A stretch of DNA of 63,777 nt, filler included, from an uncultured Methanosarcinales archaeon (GCA_964550945.1; 3 parts of 3 records of this genome joined end to end with filler, not necessarily neighbours in it), one strand, 5' to 3'; positions 8,817-18,674 are shown, counted from the whole stretch's first letter. Made by a program: numbers and translations. Notes: generated by a model not told the origin, from the sequence alone.

Positions 8817-9230
8817 CTATTTTAGCCTTCTGATCATCTTTACTGCAGTTTCAACAGATCTTTTTGCATAGCCGTCTATTCTTTTGACGCCGTCAGCTCT
8901 TGTCATTCCTGGCCCTGAAATTCCTAAACTTACTGGCTTTCCTGACTCTACTGACAAGTCTGCTAGTTTTCTGGCTGCATTTTGAGCAACAATCTGGTCA
9001 TGCTCTGTGTCGCCTTCAATTACAGCTCCTAAGCATACTACAGCATCAATATCCCTGCTTTTTACCATGCTGCTTACAGCTAAAGGCATGTCAAATGCTC
9101 CTGGCACCCTTATTAATCTAGCTACTTTTGCTCCTAAGAATTCTGTATGCTCCTGGGCAATCTTACTCATCATATGAGTTATGTCTGCATTGTAGTCTGA
9201 AACTACAAATCCAATCTTTTCGTTTGTCAT
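8817..9230 (-). CDS. ribH: 6,7-dimethyl-8-ribityllumazine synthase
   Basis: VPGAFDMP, LGAVIEGDTEHD, KPVSLGISGPG. Confidence 0.95.
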   Translation of the reverse strand: MTNEKIGFVVSDYNADITHMMSKIAQEHTEFLGAKVARLIRVPGAFDMPLAVSSMVKSRDIDAVVCLGAVIEGDTEHDQIVAQNAARKLADLSVESGKPVSLGISGPGMTRADGVKRIDGYAKRSVETAVKMIRRLK

Positions 9231-9697
9231 CTTATCCCTCCAACATTATCTTTTCCCTGCCTGATTCCTTCTCCTGCATTTTTTGACAGTTTTGTTTTGC
9301 CTTTAAACAAGGCGATTGCGTTGCTTGTATGATCATAAGCTCTGTTAAATGTAATATCATACAGCTCTTTTTCACTCTTTGCCTCGCCTAAATGGACAAA
9401 AACTTCAATTATGTGCTTATTTGTCAAAAGCTGTGTTTTTATCAGGCCTTGTGAAGCTTCATGAGCGCAAATCTTATCAATTTCTTTATCTCCGGGCATG
9501 CCCAAAGCAAGGCAGATATCGCAATTGTTTTCTTCAAATAGTTTTTTGCAGGCAACTGGCAGGTCTTTTACACCTGGAACAGTGTACCTTTCAATCCTAT
9601 ATGATTCCATACTGTCTTCCAATGCTTTTTTAGCTATCTTGAACATATCTACTCTAGCGAACATTGTATCAGCAATTCCAATCTTCATTATAATCAA
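9227..9697 (-). CDS. ribC: Archaeal-type riboflavin synthase
   Basis: GIADTMFARVDM, TVPGVKDLPVACKKL, HIIEVFVH. Confidence 0.95.
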   Translation of the reverse strand: MIIMKIGIADTMFARVDMFKIAKKALEDSMESYRIERYTVPGVKDLPVACKKLFEENNCDICLALGMPGDKEIDKICAHEASQGLIKTQLLTNKHIIEVFVHLGEAKSEKELYDITFNRAYDHTSNAIALFKGKTKLSKNAGEGIRQGKDNVGGIR

Positions 9698-9706
9698 CCA
9701 ACCCCC

Positions 9707-10345
9707 TTATTTTGTTATTGTTACTTTGCTATTGTCTTTTAATCTTAATTTATCTCTTAGCTTAACAGGAGCAATAATTTCAATTATATCTTCACTATGC
9801 CTTGCCCTCTCTGGCATGACTACTGCTCCAACAGCATTATTGATCCTGATTTTATAACATTTTAATGAGCCAAAGGTTCTTTGCTTTGTGCTAAACCCTT
9901 CAATCTTGATATCCTGCAAATTGCTTAAAAACTCATCAACATCACTTCTCTTAATCTGCAGATTTAAAGTTCCGTTAAAAGCCTTGAATCCAAGCTTTTT
10001 TTCGAATTGGCTTTGGTAGCCAGCCAAGCCCACATAGTATGCGCCTTCTCCAATGCCTCCTTTTACTGTGCCTGATACGCTTTCTTTGCTTGTGAATATT
10101 CTCTTTAACACATCAAAATTTTGCTTTAAAAAATCCCTTCCTTTTTCTGCAATAGCGATTGAGATGCCGTCTGGCCTAACCTCTCTTTTTATCAGGCCTT
10201 TGGATTCCATATCCCTAAGCTTTCTGCTGGCGCTTTGCTGTGATATCTTAATATCAGCTGCTATTGTTGCTGTTGAGCTGAATATACTGCTAAACATCCC
10301 CCCTTTTCTGGCTATATATGCCAAAATCTCGAAGTAATCATACAT
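9707..10345 (-). CDS. ribK: CTP-dependent riboflavin kinase with N-terminal HTH (RbkR-type)
   Basis: SQQSASRKL HTH; GIGEGAYYV, GTLNL, IEIIAPVKLR. Confidence 0.93.
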   Translation of the reverse strand: MYDYFEILAYIARKGGMFSSIFSSTATIAADIKISQQSASRKLRDMESKGLIKREVRPDGISIAIAEKGRDFLKQNFDVLKRIFTSKESVSGTVKGGIGEGAYYVGLAGYQSQFEKKLGFKAFNGTLNLQIKRSDVDEFLSNLQDIKIEGFSTKQRTFGSLKCYKIRINNAVGAVVMPERARHSEDIIEIIAPVKLRDKLRLKDNSKVTITK

Positions 10346-10504
10346 ATCAAGCTGGAAAGTAGTTGCTACTTATAAATTTTTCGCTTAACATTTTTGAGTA
10401 ACATGGAATGCAAATCTTTATAAATAAAATGTCACTCCCGTTAGATAGATAAAATGGTGCAAAATCACTCCAGTGAATTCTGGAGATTTTTGGAGGGAAT
10501 TAAA

Positions 10505-10939
10505 ATGAGTAAACTTGTAAGAATTGCTACGCCAAGAGAAATTCAACATTATGTGAACAGTGTAACTGGAGGGATCTCACCCAAAGAAGTAAGAGCTGCT
10601 TTGGAAGAGGAAGGGTTACACGCAGGTAACATGAAACACTACCTTATTCATTGGGAGGTATTGGGTCACGATTTTCGTCATCATGATATTACTAGATTTA
10701 AATATCATACTAACTTAGTAGGGGAAGAGCCATTAGCTATTTCCGTTCTAATAGGTGATCCATGTATAGCTGGAGAACCAAGAAAACATGAATTAAGGCA
10801 TATGATTGAAATCTATTTGGATCATCAGTACTTTCATGCTCCACGTTTTGCAATAACGCAGCCTAGGGAATATCGCACTGTTGCAAAAGCGTTTGAGGAT
10901 CTGGGCTGCAGAGTGGAAAGAATTGAGAGGGCTGGATAA
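10505..10939 (+). CDS. His-rich hypothetical protein
   Basis: ORF; GGAGG just upstream favours ATG 10505 over 10454. Confidence 0.6.
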   Translation: MSKLVRIATPREIQHYVNSVTGGISPKEVRAALEEEGLHAGNMKHYLIHWEVLGHDFRHHDITRFKYHTNLVGEEPLAISVLIGDPCIAGEPRKHELRHMIEIYLDHQYFHAPRFAITQPREYRTVAKAFEDLGCRVERIERAG

Positions 10940-11017
10940 GAACATTTATTTCTTATACTTTCTTTTTTGTTAAAAAACAAATAAACATTTAAATAATAAA
11001 CTATTCTTTGTTATCTG

Positions 11018-12166
11018 ATGCAACAAAAACCTTTGCTTGTTGTGGGCATTGATCCAGGAATTACTGCTGGTTATGCTGTCCTTAGTATTAATGGGGAGGT
11101 TATTAAGGTAAAGTCTTCTAAGCAGTTAGACATCAATTCATTGATCTCTGAAATACATTCTCTTGGAAGGGTTTTGCTTGTGGGTGTTGATAAGATGAAC
11201 AGCCCTTCGTTGGTTGACAGGTTTGCTACAAAATTAGGCGCTAAACTTGTAAGCCCCAAGACAGATATGAAGGTTATGGAGAAGAATCTTTTGACCAGGG
11301 GGCTTAAATTTAGCAATGATCATGAAAGAGATTCATTAGCTTCAGCTTTATTTGCCTTTAGAGAATATGCTCCTTTGCTTAAAAAGATCGATAAGTTTGT
11401 TAAAACTCACGGAAAGGAAGAGCTGGCTGATAAAATAACATCTCTTGTGGTCTTAAAAGGCATTGCTATCCAGGAAGCTGCTGACCTTCTGGAAGAGCCT
11501 GAAGAAGAGAAAGCAGTTAAAAGGATAATCGAGCAAAAACAATACTCTGAAGAGGATTTCTTAAGGATATATGACAAGCTAAAAAGCCTTAGGAGAGATT
11601 TTTCCTTATTAAGGGGATATAATGAAAAACTGAAAGGCGAGATAGAGAGATTAAAGGAAGAAAAAAGGTTCATTCTTGGCGTAACCAATAAGGCAGATAA
11701 AAAGTCTGAGGAAAAACTGGAATTTAAAGAAAGAAGGATACAAACTTATGATAGCCATATGAAGCTAAAGGATGAGCTGATCAGGATATTAAAAGACAGA
11801 ATAGTCTTATTGTCATATTTTTTAGCGAATCAAGGGGAGAATTATCTTGTCAAGAAGCTGGATAACCTTGGCTATAGCGAGTTTGAGCTTAAAAATCCTC
11901 TATTGAACATCCAAAGAGGGGATATACTTTTAGTCAATGATATCTCAGTTTTCAGTGAAAAGACAATCAGCCAATTAAAAAACAAGGTAACCACAATAAT
12001 CTACAAAAACAATAAGGCAGATATCCCTTTTTTAGTTGTCAAAAGCAGCGAATTAGACATAAAAGAAGAAGAGAATTTCGCTTTAGTCAACAAAAAAGAG
12101 CTGGACAAAAGAATATCCAGCTATGAGCTGCTGAAAAAGATAATCCAGGATTATAAATGCCCTTGA
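11018..12166 (+). CDS. DUF460-family protein (RNase H-like fold plus coiled coil)
   Basis: VVGIDPGITAGYAVL and NDHERDSLASA motifs. Confidence 0.85.
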   Translation: MQQKPLLVVGIDPGITAGYAVLSINGEVIKVKSSKQLDINSLISEIHSLGRVLLVGVDKMNSPSLVDRFATKLGAKLVSPKTDMKVMEKNLLTRGLKFSNDHERDSLASALFAFREYAPLLKKIDKFVKTHGKEELADKITSLVVLKGIAIQEAADLLEEPEEEKAVKRIIEQKQYSEEDFLRIYDKLKSLRRDFSLLRGYNEKLKGEIERLKEEKRFILGVTNKADKKSEEKLEFKERRIQTYDSHMKLKDELIRILKDRIVLLSYFLANQGENYLVKKLDNLGYSEFELKNPLLNIQRGDILLVNDISVFSEKTISQLKNKVTTIIYKNNKADIPFLVVKSSELDIKEEENFALVNKKELDKRISSYELLKKIIQDYKCP

Positions 12167-12579
12167 TTTATCTCGCAATGCCTTAAGGTTATCTTTTTTC
12201 CGTCCTCTTTTTTTGCAAGGATCTTTTTTCCGATAGCGATTATCTTTATTTTTTCTCCTTTATAGCTTATTGAGTCGCCTTTTCGGAATGTTGAGACCCT
12301 AAATAGGACATACAACCTATGGACATCCTTGCTTGTCTGCCTGTTCCTTGTATGCAATCTGGCGCTAAAAAGCAATTCGCCACAGAAACTGTGCTGTAAT
12401 GCGTAGCCAATCTTCCTGAGGAAATTTCTTGATACAAAATAGAAATCAATGCCATTTGGAACTTTTTCTTCTTTTGCAATTTTTTGGCCTTTTTTTGCGG
12501 TTTCACTTTTAATAAAATCAACAACTTCCTTATTGGAATTTCTTAACTGCAAAATGCCTTCAAAATAATTTGGGTGCAT
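12151..12579 (-). CDS. Short NMD3-related protein
   Basis: YFEGILQLRN, NGIDFYF, LHTRNRQTSKDVHR; start trimmed to MHPNY. Confidence 0.7.
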   Translation of the reverse strand: MHPNYFEGILQLRNSNKEVVDFIKSETAKKGQKIAKEEKVPNGIDFYFVSRNFLRKIGYALQHSFCGELLFSARLHTRNRQTSKDVHRLYVLFRVSTFRKGDSISYKGEKIKIIAIGKKILAKKEDGKKITLRHCEINQGHL

Positions 12580-12633
12580 TATCACTATTAAAATGAAAAG
12601 CTTTTTAATGTTTTCTATAATTGACTGATCCAA

Positions 12634-13236
12634 ATGGAAGTAATGGATGCTATAAAACACAGGAGGAGCATAAGAAAATATAGGGAGAAGGCTGTTCCAG
12701 AAAAGGTAGTCAAGCAAATAATTGAGGCAGGAAGATATGCGCCAAGCTCGCATAATTCACAGCCATGGAGATTTATTGTTGTTACAGATAAAAAGGTGAT
12801 TAGGGAGCTAAGTGATTTAATCAAGGCTTGGTTTAAGAATAAGGTCAAGCTAGGCGCTTTTGCTTCTTTCTTTAGCAAGAGGCTGAAACAGACAATAAAT
12901 GCTGCAGAAAAAAGAGTGTTTACTGATAAGGATCTATTCTTTTATGATGCGCCATGTTTAGTGCTGATATACTCTAAAAAGGGAAGGTTTCATGCTCAGG
13001 ATTGCGCTTTAGCTGCTCAAAATATGATGCTGGAAGCTTATTCTCTCGGAATAGGAAGCTGCTGGGTCGGGTTTGCTGATGTTGTCTTGAGCAGAAGCAG
13101 GAAAACAAGATCTGAGCTAGGTGTTCCAAACAAGCATAAGCTAATGGCAACTTTAATATTTGGCTATCCTGAGAAGTTCCCTTCTGCTCCAATGCCCAGG
13201 AAAGATGAAGCGAATGTGATTAAGTGGGTTAAATAA
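12634..13236 (+). CDS. Nitroreductase-family protein
   Basis: RRSIRKY, APSSHNSQPWRF, GIGSCWVG. Confidence 0.92.
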   Translation: MEVMDAIKHRRSIRKYREKAVPEKVVKQIIEAGRYAPSSHNSQPWRFIVVTDKKVIRELSDLIKAWFKNKVKLGAFASFFSKRLKQTINAAEKRVFTDKDLFFYDAPCLVLIYSKKGRFHAQDCALAAQNMMLEAYSLGIGSCWVGFADVVLSRSRKTRSELGVPNKHKLMATLIFGYPEKFPSAPMPRKDEANVIKWVK

Positions 13237-13242
13237 TCTTGT

Positions 13243-13308
13243 TTAATAGCTGATTATATTTATATCTTTAATACGGGAAAAGTGTTTTTTGTTCTTGGTT
13301 AAACCCAT
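13243..13308 (-). pseudogene. VapC (PIN) toxin remnant
   Basis: MGLTKNKKHFSRIKDINIISY* resembles the T-x-N-x-K-H-F-x-R-I end of VapC proteins. Confidence 0.55.
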
Positions 13309-14228
13309 CGTACCCTTTTCTTTAATTCTTTTGTTGATCTTTCTCTAAGAATCCTTATGTTACCCCCTATATCCTTAAAATCTTTCTCAGGCATGTCTTT
13401 CCATGCACCAGCAAAATCCATAATATCATTATTTTTTCTTATCCTCCTTATCTCTTCAACCAAATCACTAGCTAGGTAAGTAAACCCTTTCTTCTTTTTT
13501 AATAAAATGTCTCCTGCCAATCCATTGAAATAGGCTGCGTTTATTGCTGATTGCTGTAATGATAATCCTTGGCCTAAGAAACCGACACACAATCCAGCTA
13601 AAACATCTCCTGTCCCTGCTTTTGTCATTCCTGCATTGCCTGTTTTATTGTAGAAGGTTTTGTCTTTTGATATTATCTCGTCAATTTTTCCTTTTAACAG
13701 GATTATATTGTTTTTTAAAAATTTTTTGTAGCTGTTTTTGTTTAATCTTGAATTTTTCAATAAGATTTCAAATTCCACTTTATGCGGCGTTAGAATTGAA
13801 TTTTTGACATCCTGCAATCTTATGGCTTTTAATGCGTCTGCATCTATAACTAATGGTTTTTTTGTTTCTTTTACATATTTTTTCACAAATGATTTTGCAT
13901 GCATCCCGATGCCATTGCCTATAAGGACTGCGTCAAAATCATTTTCTAATTTTAGGATGTCTTTTGCTCTTGAAGCGCAGAAATCATCCCCTTTGTATTT
14001 CTTGACAACCAGATCAGGGCTTAAAGCGTTTATTGCCCAGCCAACCTTTTCAGGAGCGGCTATTGTTACCCAGTCAACACCGCTTCTTAGTGCTGCTAGT
14101 CCAGCCAATGCAACTGCTCCCGTATACTCTTTAGAGCCGCCTATTACTAAAACCTTGCCGTTATCGCCTTTATGGCTTGCTGCGCTTCTTTTTGGAATAA
14201 CAATGTCCTTTTTTGATACGAATTTCAT
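13299..14228 (-). CDS. nnrD: NAD(P)H-hydrate dehydratase (YjeF C domain) with extra C-terminal tail
   Basis: HKGDNGKVLVIGGS, VIDADAL, LTPH, AGTGDVLAG. Confidence 0.92.
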   Translation of the reverse strand: MKFVSKKDIVIPKRSAASHKGDNGKVLVIGGSKEYTGAVALAGLAALRSGVDWVTIAAPEKVGWAINALSPDLVVKKYKGDDFCASRAKDILKLENDFDAVLIGNGIGMHAKSFVKKYVKETKKPLVIDADALKAIRLQDVKNSILTPHKVEFEILLKNSRLNKNSYKKFLKNNIILLKGKIDEIISKDKTFYNKTGNAGMTKAGTGDVLAGLCVGFLGQGLSLQQSAINAAYFNGLAGDILLKKKKGFTYLASDLVEEIRRIRKNNDIMDFAGAWKDMPEKDFKDIGGNIRILRERSTKELKKRVRWV

Positions 14229-14229
14229 T

Positions 14230-14754
14230 TCAAAATTGCTCATAGCTAAGTATATCTTTTAGCTCCTTTTTTTGAGGCATCTTTGGCTGCTCATCTGGAT
14301 AGCCAACAACAACTGGAAGGATTATCTCGTAGTTATCTGGAATTTTGAGCATCTTTCTCAATTCTTCCTGCTCAGCCATTAAAGCGCCTAAGCAAAGCGA
14401 GCCAAGAGCTTCGTTAGTTGCTGCTAAAATAAGGTTTTCTATTGCTAAAAAACAATCGCTTCTTGCCCACGTAAATTCTTTGCTTGAGCAAACAACAATA
14501 AGCGCAATATTTTCAACAAAACTTGTGTCCTGAGGATATATCTTTAATTTTTCCCTTGCGCTTGTGTATAATTGACTAATCTTTTTTAGATTCTTTTTAT
14601 CCCTGACTACAACAAATTTCCATGGCTGGCTATTCATTCCAGTTGGAGCTAACCTTGCCGCATCTATTATTTTTTCAATTAATTCGTTTTTTACTTCTTT
14701 GGCCTTATACTTCCTAGTGCTTCTTCTTTTTTTAATGACTTCTATGAATTCCAT
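14230..14754 (-). CDS. Nitroreductase-family protein
   Basis: RRSTRKY and APTGMNSQPWKF. Confidence 0.92.
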   Translation of the reverse strand: MEFIEVIKKRRSTRKYKAKEVKNELIEKIIDAARLAPTGMNSQPWKFVVVRDKKNLKKISQLYTSAREKLKIYPQDTSFVENIALIVVCSSKEFTWARSDCFLAIENLILAATNEALGSLCLGALMAEQEELRKMLKIPDNYEIILPVVVGYPDEQPKMPQKKELKDILSYEQF

Positions 14755-14755
14755 T

Positions 14756-15355
14756 TTAGTTCACCTTTATGCCAATATCAGCAATGATGGTTTTGCTTTT
14801 ATATTTTTCTAATCCTGGCTTTAAGTCGTGAAAGGTTGCGATCAAATCAGCATTGATTGCAATGTCCTCAATCGCTCCTGTATCTGGATTAAGGCCAGAT
14901 GGAATGTCAACTGCCAACTTAAATGCTTTTGAGTTATTTATACTATGGATTATAGACTTTATTGGCTCGTTAATCGTTCCTTGAATGCCTGTGCCGAGTA
15001 TGGCGTCTACAATAATGTCATAGTAATCAAAATCTATCTCTCCATAATCGTATAGAATCTGTATTTTTGCATTATCTAATATCCTTTTATAATTAGTTTG
15101 AGCTTCTTCCTTGAGTTGGGATTCATCTCCTATAAATAACACTTCAACAAGGCAGATATCAGATAGATAATGAGCAGCAACAAATCCATCTCCTCCGTTA
15201 TTGCCATGGTAAGCAACTATCAGGATTTTTTTGTCTTTAAGATCAAACTTGTCCTTTAGTATTTTATATATTCCTCTGCCTGCATTCTCCATCAGTGTGA
15301 ATTTTGAGATGCCGCAGTTATTTTCTAGCTCTTTCATCTGTTGGGTTGAGATCAT
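14756..15355 (-). CDS. nnrE: NAD(P)H-hydrate epimerase (YjeF N domain)
   Basis: LMENAG, GNNGGDG, VDAILGTG, AVDIPSG. Confidence 0.93.
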   Translation of the reverse strand: MISTQQMKELENNCGISKFTLMENAGRGIYKILKDKFDLKDKKILIVAYHGNNGGDGFVAAHYLSDICLVEVLFIGDESQLKEEAQTNYKRILDNAKIQILYDYGEIDFDYYDIIVDAILGTGIQGTINEPIKSIIHSINNSKAFKLAVDIPSGLNPDTGAIEDIAINADLIATFHDLKPGLEKYKSKTIIADIGIKVN

Positions 15356-16149
15356 TATAAAAACTCCTTTATCTTCTCTTTTGCATCTTCACAATCATCA
15401 AATCTTTTTATTAGCTTATCCATCTCTTCTTGGGTGTGTATGCCATTTTCAACTAAAAAGTCAGTGAAATCTATCTTTTCTGAGTTTTCTATCCTCTTTA
15501 GGAGCTTTTCATGTGGATAATCAATAGCTGGCCTTATCTTGTTGTGCTTTTTCCATGCATCTATCACTGTTTTATTGACCCATTCTGTTATTATGTCATT
15601 CTGTATAGCATTTAAAAAATTGTCTCCGAAACTATCATATAGCGATTTTATTAATTCTTGATTACTAGTTGGCAGGAATGGCACAATATCCTCAATAGCC
15701 GGGCATGTTCCGAACATATCTCCTGGATTTGCTCCGGCATCAAGAAAGGGAGTTCTTTGGAATGGGAAAAACCTGCAGATATATGCTCTTTTTTTGTTAT
15801 AAATGCTGCATTTCCCGTCTTTCAATAATAAAGGGCATCTGTCTGAGTCCATATAATAAGTCACAATTATTGTTTTATTTGAGTCCAAATCAAAAACTAC
15901 CCTTGAGGGCTTTATTTTTGCGTCAATATCAACCTCTTTCTGCCATCTCTTGAATCTCTTCGCTTCCCAATCCCATAAGGGGAATGAAATCTTCTCAAGA
16001 GGAACAACATTCACCAGGGGCATCTTGCCATACCCATACTCCTTCAAGAATTTCTCTTCTTCTTCGGATAGTTTTCCTCTTATTTTGGAGCAACAGCTGC
16101 CGCAAGCTTGGCATGTAAACTTCAATCTTTGTTCACTTTTGCTGAACAA
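15355..16149 (-). CDS. YkgJ-family cysteine-cluster protein
   Basis: CQACGSCC, CPLL..GKCSIY, ICRFFPF. Confidence 0.85.
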   Translation of the reverse strand: MFSKSEQRLKFTCQACGSCCSKIRGKLSEEEEKFLKEYGYGKMPLVNVVPLEKISFPLWDWEAKRFKRWQKEVDIDAKIKPSRVVFDLDSNKTIIVTYYMDSDRCPLLLKDGKCSIYNKKRAYICRFFPFQRTPFLDAGANPGDMFGTCPAIEDIVPFLPTSNQELIKSLYDSFGDNFLNAIQNDIITEWVNKTVIDAWKKHNKIRPAIDYPHEKLLKRIENSEKIDFTDFLVENGIHTQEEMDKLIKRFDDCEDAKEKIKEFL

Positions 16150-16912
16150 TTTGATAGCCTCCGCTTGGCAAAAACCGTATTATTTCGTCTATATCACCGC
16201 CAAACTTAGCTTTTATCTTTTTTGCTATGTCAGATGCTTTTTCCTTGCCTTGTTCAATAATAACAAACTTATCTGTCTGGGATCTTATTGCGTCAGGAGG
16301 GCCTCCAATGATCATGTTATCTTTTATGCCGATTGCAAGGCCAATATTGGGCCTAAGATATTTTGTTTCCCCATAGATCATAAAAGCGCCTTTTCCCATA
16401 TATTCGCCTGCTTTTGTTTTTTTGCTGACCTGATCTGGCTTTACATAAAAAACTTCTAAATAGCTTAAGCCAAGCTTCCAGGCTTTTGAGTAAGTTGCAG
16501 TTGCCTGGGCAGTTTCTTCTATTGTTTTTTTTGATATCTCTTTGCCTTGGCTTTTAATCACAAAGAAAGGAGAGCCTGCCAGGTCTGTATGAAGCACTAA
16601 ATCATTTGAATCAGTATGCTTTTTTATCACGATCTCGTTAGAAGTTGCGTCTCTTCCGCCAATAACCAGGAAACCATCACTTGAGATAAACCATCTGAAC
16701 TTCTCATACCACTCTTTTTTCCTTTCTTCTTGTTTAGCAATTGTTTTGGTCTCTTTTTCTTTCTGTTTTTCTAATTTTTCCAGTTTTTTTAGGCTTAGAT
16801 TCAGGGCAGCTTTAGCTCCCTCTAGTTTTCTCTTTATCTTTTTGGCTTTCTCATAATACACAGCCGCATTCTGCTCAACAGTTTTATCTAAGTACAAAGT
16901 TATGTTTGCCAT
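16133..16912 (-). CDS. NFACT RNA-binding-domain protein (short Rqc2-like)
   Basis: WYEKFRWFISSDGFLVIGGRDATSNE and GAFMIYG. Confidence 0.88.
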   Translation of the reverse strand: MANITLYLDKTVEQNAAVYYEKAKKIKRKLEGAKAALNLSLKKLEKLEKQKEKETKTIAKQEERKKEWYEKFRWFISSDGFLVIGGRDATSNEIVIKKHTDSNDLVLHTDLAGSPFFVIKSQGKEISKKTIEETAQATATYSKAWKLGLSYLEVFYVKPDQVSKKTKAGEYMGKGAFMIYGETKYLRPNIGLAIGIKDNMIIGGPPDAIRSQTDKFVIIEQGKEKASDIAKKIKAKFGGDIDEIIRFLPSGGYQIVQQK

Positions 16913-16975
16913 TATTAGACATAAATAGAAGTTAGTATAAAAAGATTGTTTAAAAATCGAAAGATTTATATGGTT

Positions 16976-17003
16976 TGTTTACAATATATATAAAATGTAA
17001 ACA
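16976..17003 (+). promoter_or_regulatory. Inverted repeat in TA promoter (candidate autoregulatory operator)
   Basis: TGTTTACA-N12-TGTAAACA just upstream of the antitoxin ATG. Confidence 0.55.
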
Positions 17004-17012
17004 GGCGATAAA

Positions 17013-17306
17013 ATGACAACCCCCATTGTTGCGAGAATAGAAGATTCATTGGCTGGAGATATAGAGTTTTTTTCAAAAATTGAAAAACTGGACAAATCAG
17101 CTGTGATCAGAAGGCTGCTAACCAAAGCTGTAAAGGAAGAAAAATTAGAGTTAGCTTTAGAGAAATACAGGAAGAACGAGGTATCCCTTGCAAGAGCAGC
17201 AGAAATGGCTCAGCTGCCCTTGGCTGATATGTTAAGAATAGCGGCAGAAAACAAAATACCCTTACACTACACCAAAGAAGATTTATTAAGGGATTTTAAA
17301 GCTTAA
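17013..17306 (+). CDS. UPF0175-family antitoxin
   Basis: RHH-like N-terminus; VSLARAAEMA motif; precedes a PIN gene. Confidence 0.85.
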   Translation: MTTPIVARIEDSLAGDIEFFSKIEKLDKSAVIRRLLTKAVKEEKLELALEKYRKNEVSLARAAEMAQLPLADMLRIAAENKIPLHYTKEDLLRDFKA

Positions 17307-17307
17307 A

Positions 17308-17790
17308 ATGATCATTAGCAACACTTCGCCCTTAATTCATCTAGCTAAAGTAGGAAAACTGGAATTGTTAAAGTTGTTGTTTAAGACGATTAAAATACCG
17401 CTTTCTGTTTATAATGAGATAATAACACATCCTAACAATACAGAGACGGTGATTGTAAAAAAAGCGGTTGATGATGGCTGGTTAAGGATAAAGAGGGTGC
17501 TCCTAAAAGATCCACTTAAAAAATTTTCAACAGTTGCAAAGGCAGAGCTTGAGGTAATAGCTTTGGCAATTCAGGAAAGAGAAATAGCAATTATTGATGA
17601 TAGGGATGCCGTTCAAATAGCCAACATATTTGATGTGGAGGTTCATGGGACCTTATTTGTTATTTTGAAAGCAGTAAAGCAAAAACTGTTAAAGAAAGAA
17701 GAAGCAATTAAGATTGTAAACCAAATGATGGAGAATGAATTTTATTTGTCAAGCAATGTATATGCTTTATTTCTTGAGATGGTAGGCTAA
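17308..17790 (+). CDS. PIN-domain toxin (DUF3368-like)
   Basis: IISNTSPLIHL, IPLSVYNE, IIDD, HGTL. Confidence 0.85.
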   Translation: MIISNTSPLIHLAKVGKLELLKLLFKTIKIPLSVYNEIITHPNNTETVIVKKAVDDGWLRIKRVLLKDPLKKFSTVAKAELEVIALAIQEREIAIIDDRDAVQIANIFDVEVHGTLFVILKAVKQKLLKKEEAIKIVNQMMENEFYLSSNVYALFLEMVG

Positions 17791-18635
17791 AAGAACCTTT
17801 GGCAAAGGTCATAACATTCTAATGTGTTTTCTAGTAAACAGGCAATAGTCATTGGGCCAACACCACCAGGAACAGGGGTTAGATAGCCAGCAACTTCTTT
17901 TACAGAATCAAAATCAACATCACCGCATAATCTTCCATCTGGCAGCTTGTTTGTGCCAACGTCAATCACTATAGCGCCTTTTTTTACGTGCTTTTTTGTT
18001 ATCATTCCTATCTTTCCAGCTGCAACTACCAAAATGTCTGCTTGTTTTGTGTATTCTTCCAGAGGCTTTGTTTTTGAATGGCACATTGTAACTGTCGCAT
18101 CTCTTTGCTGCAATAATATAGAAACCGGCTTGCCAACAAGATTTGACCTGCCAATAACAACAGCATGCTTTCCTTCAATATTGATGCCTGTGCTCTCAAC
18201 CAATCTTATAACCCCTTTTGGCGTGGCAGGGATTATCATGTTTTTTCCAATAAAAAGATTGCCTAGATTTAAAGGGCTTAAACCGTCTACATCCTTATGA
18301 GGAAGGATGCTGTCAATTATCAGCTGCTCATTGATGTAGCCAGGCAATGGAAGCTGGACTAAAATTCCATGAATCTTTTTATTTTGGTTTAGATCGTCTA
18401 TTAACTTTAGCAGCTTTTCTTCAGGCGTGTTTTCATCAAGCTCATACTTTTCTGAGTACATTCCAGCTTCTTTGCAGGCCTTTTCCTTCATATTGACATA
18501 AACATGAGAAGCAGGATTCTTTCCAACAACCACCACAGCAAGGCCTGGCTTTGATTTAAGCTTCTTTACCTTGTTTTTGACTTCCAGCCTTATCTGCTCA
18601 GCAATATCTTTGCCATCAATTATCTTTGCTGCCAT
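17787..18635 (-). CDS. folD: Methylene-THF dehydrogenase/cyclohydrolase
   Basis: HGILVQLPLP, KDVDG, GRSNLVGKP, TPVPGGVGPMT. Confidence 0.97.
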   Translation of the reverse strand: MAAKIIDGKDIAEQIRLEVKNKVKKLKSKPGLAVVVVGKNPASHVYVNMKEKACKEAGMYSEKYELDENTPEEKLLKLIDDLNQNKKIHGILVQLPLPGYINEQLIIDSILPHKDVDGLSPLNLGNLFIGKNMIIPATPKGVIRLVESTGINIEGKHAVVIGRSNLVGKPVSILLQQRDATVTMCHSKTKPLEEYTKQADILVVAAGKIGMITKKHVKKGAIVIDVGTNKLPDGRLCGDVDFDSVKEVAGYLTPVPGGVGPMTIACLLENTLECYDLCQRFF

Positions 18636-18674
18636 ATAATCAAGTATAAAAGAACTTATTAATAAGGCTTTTTA

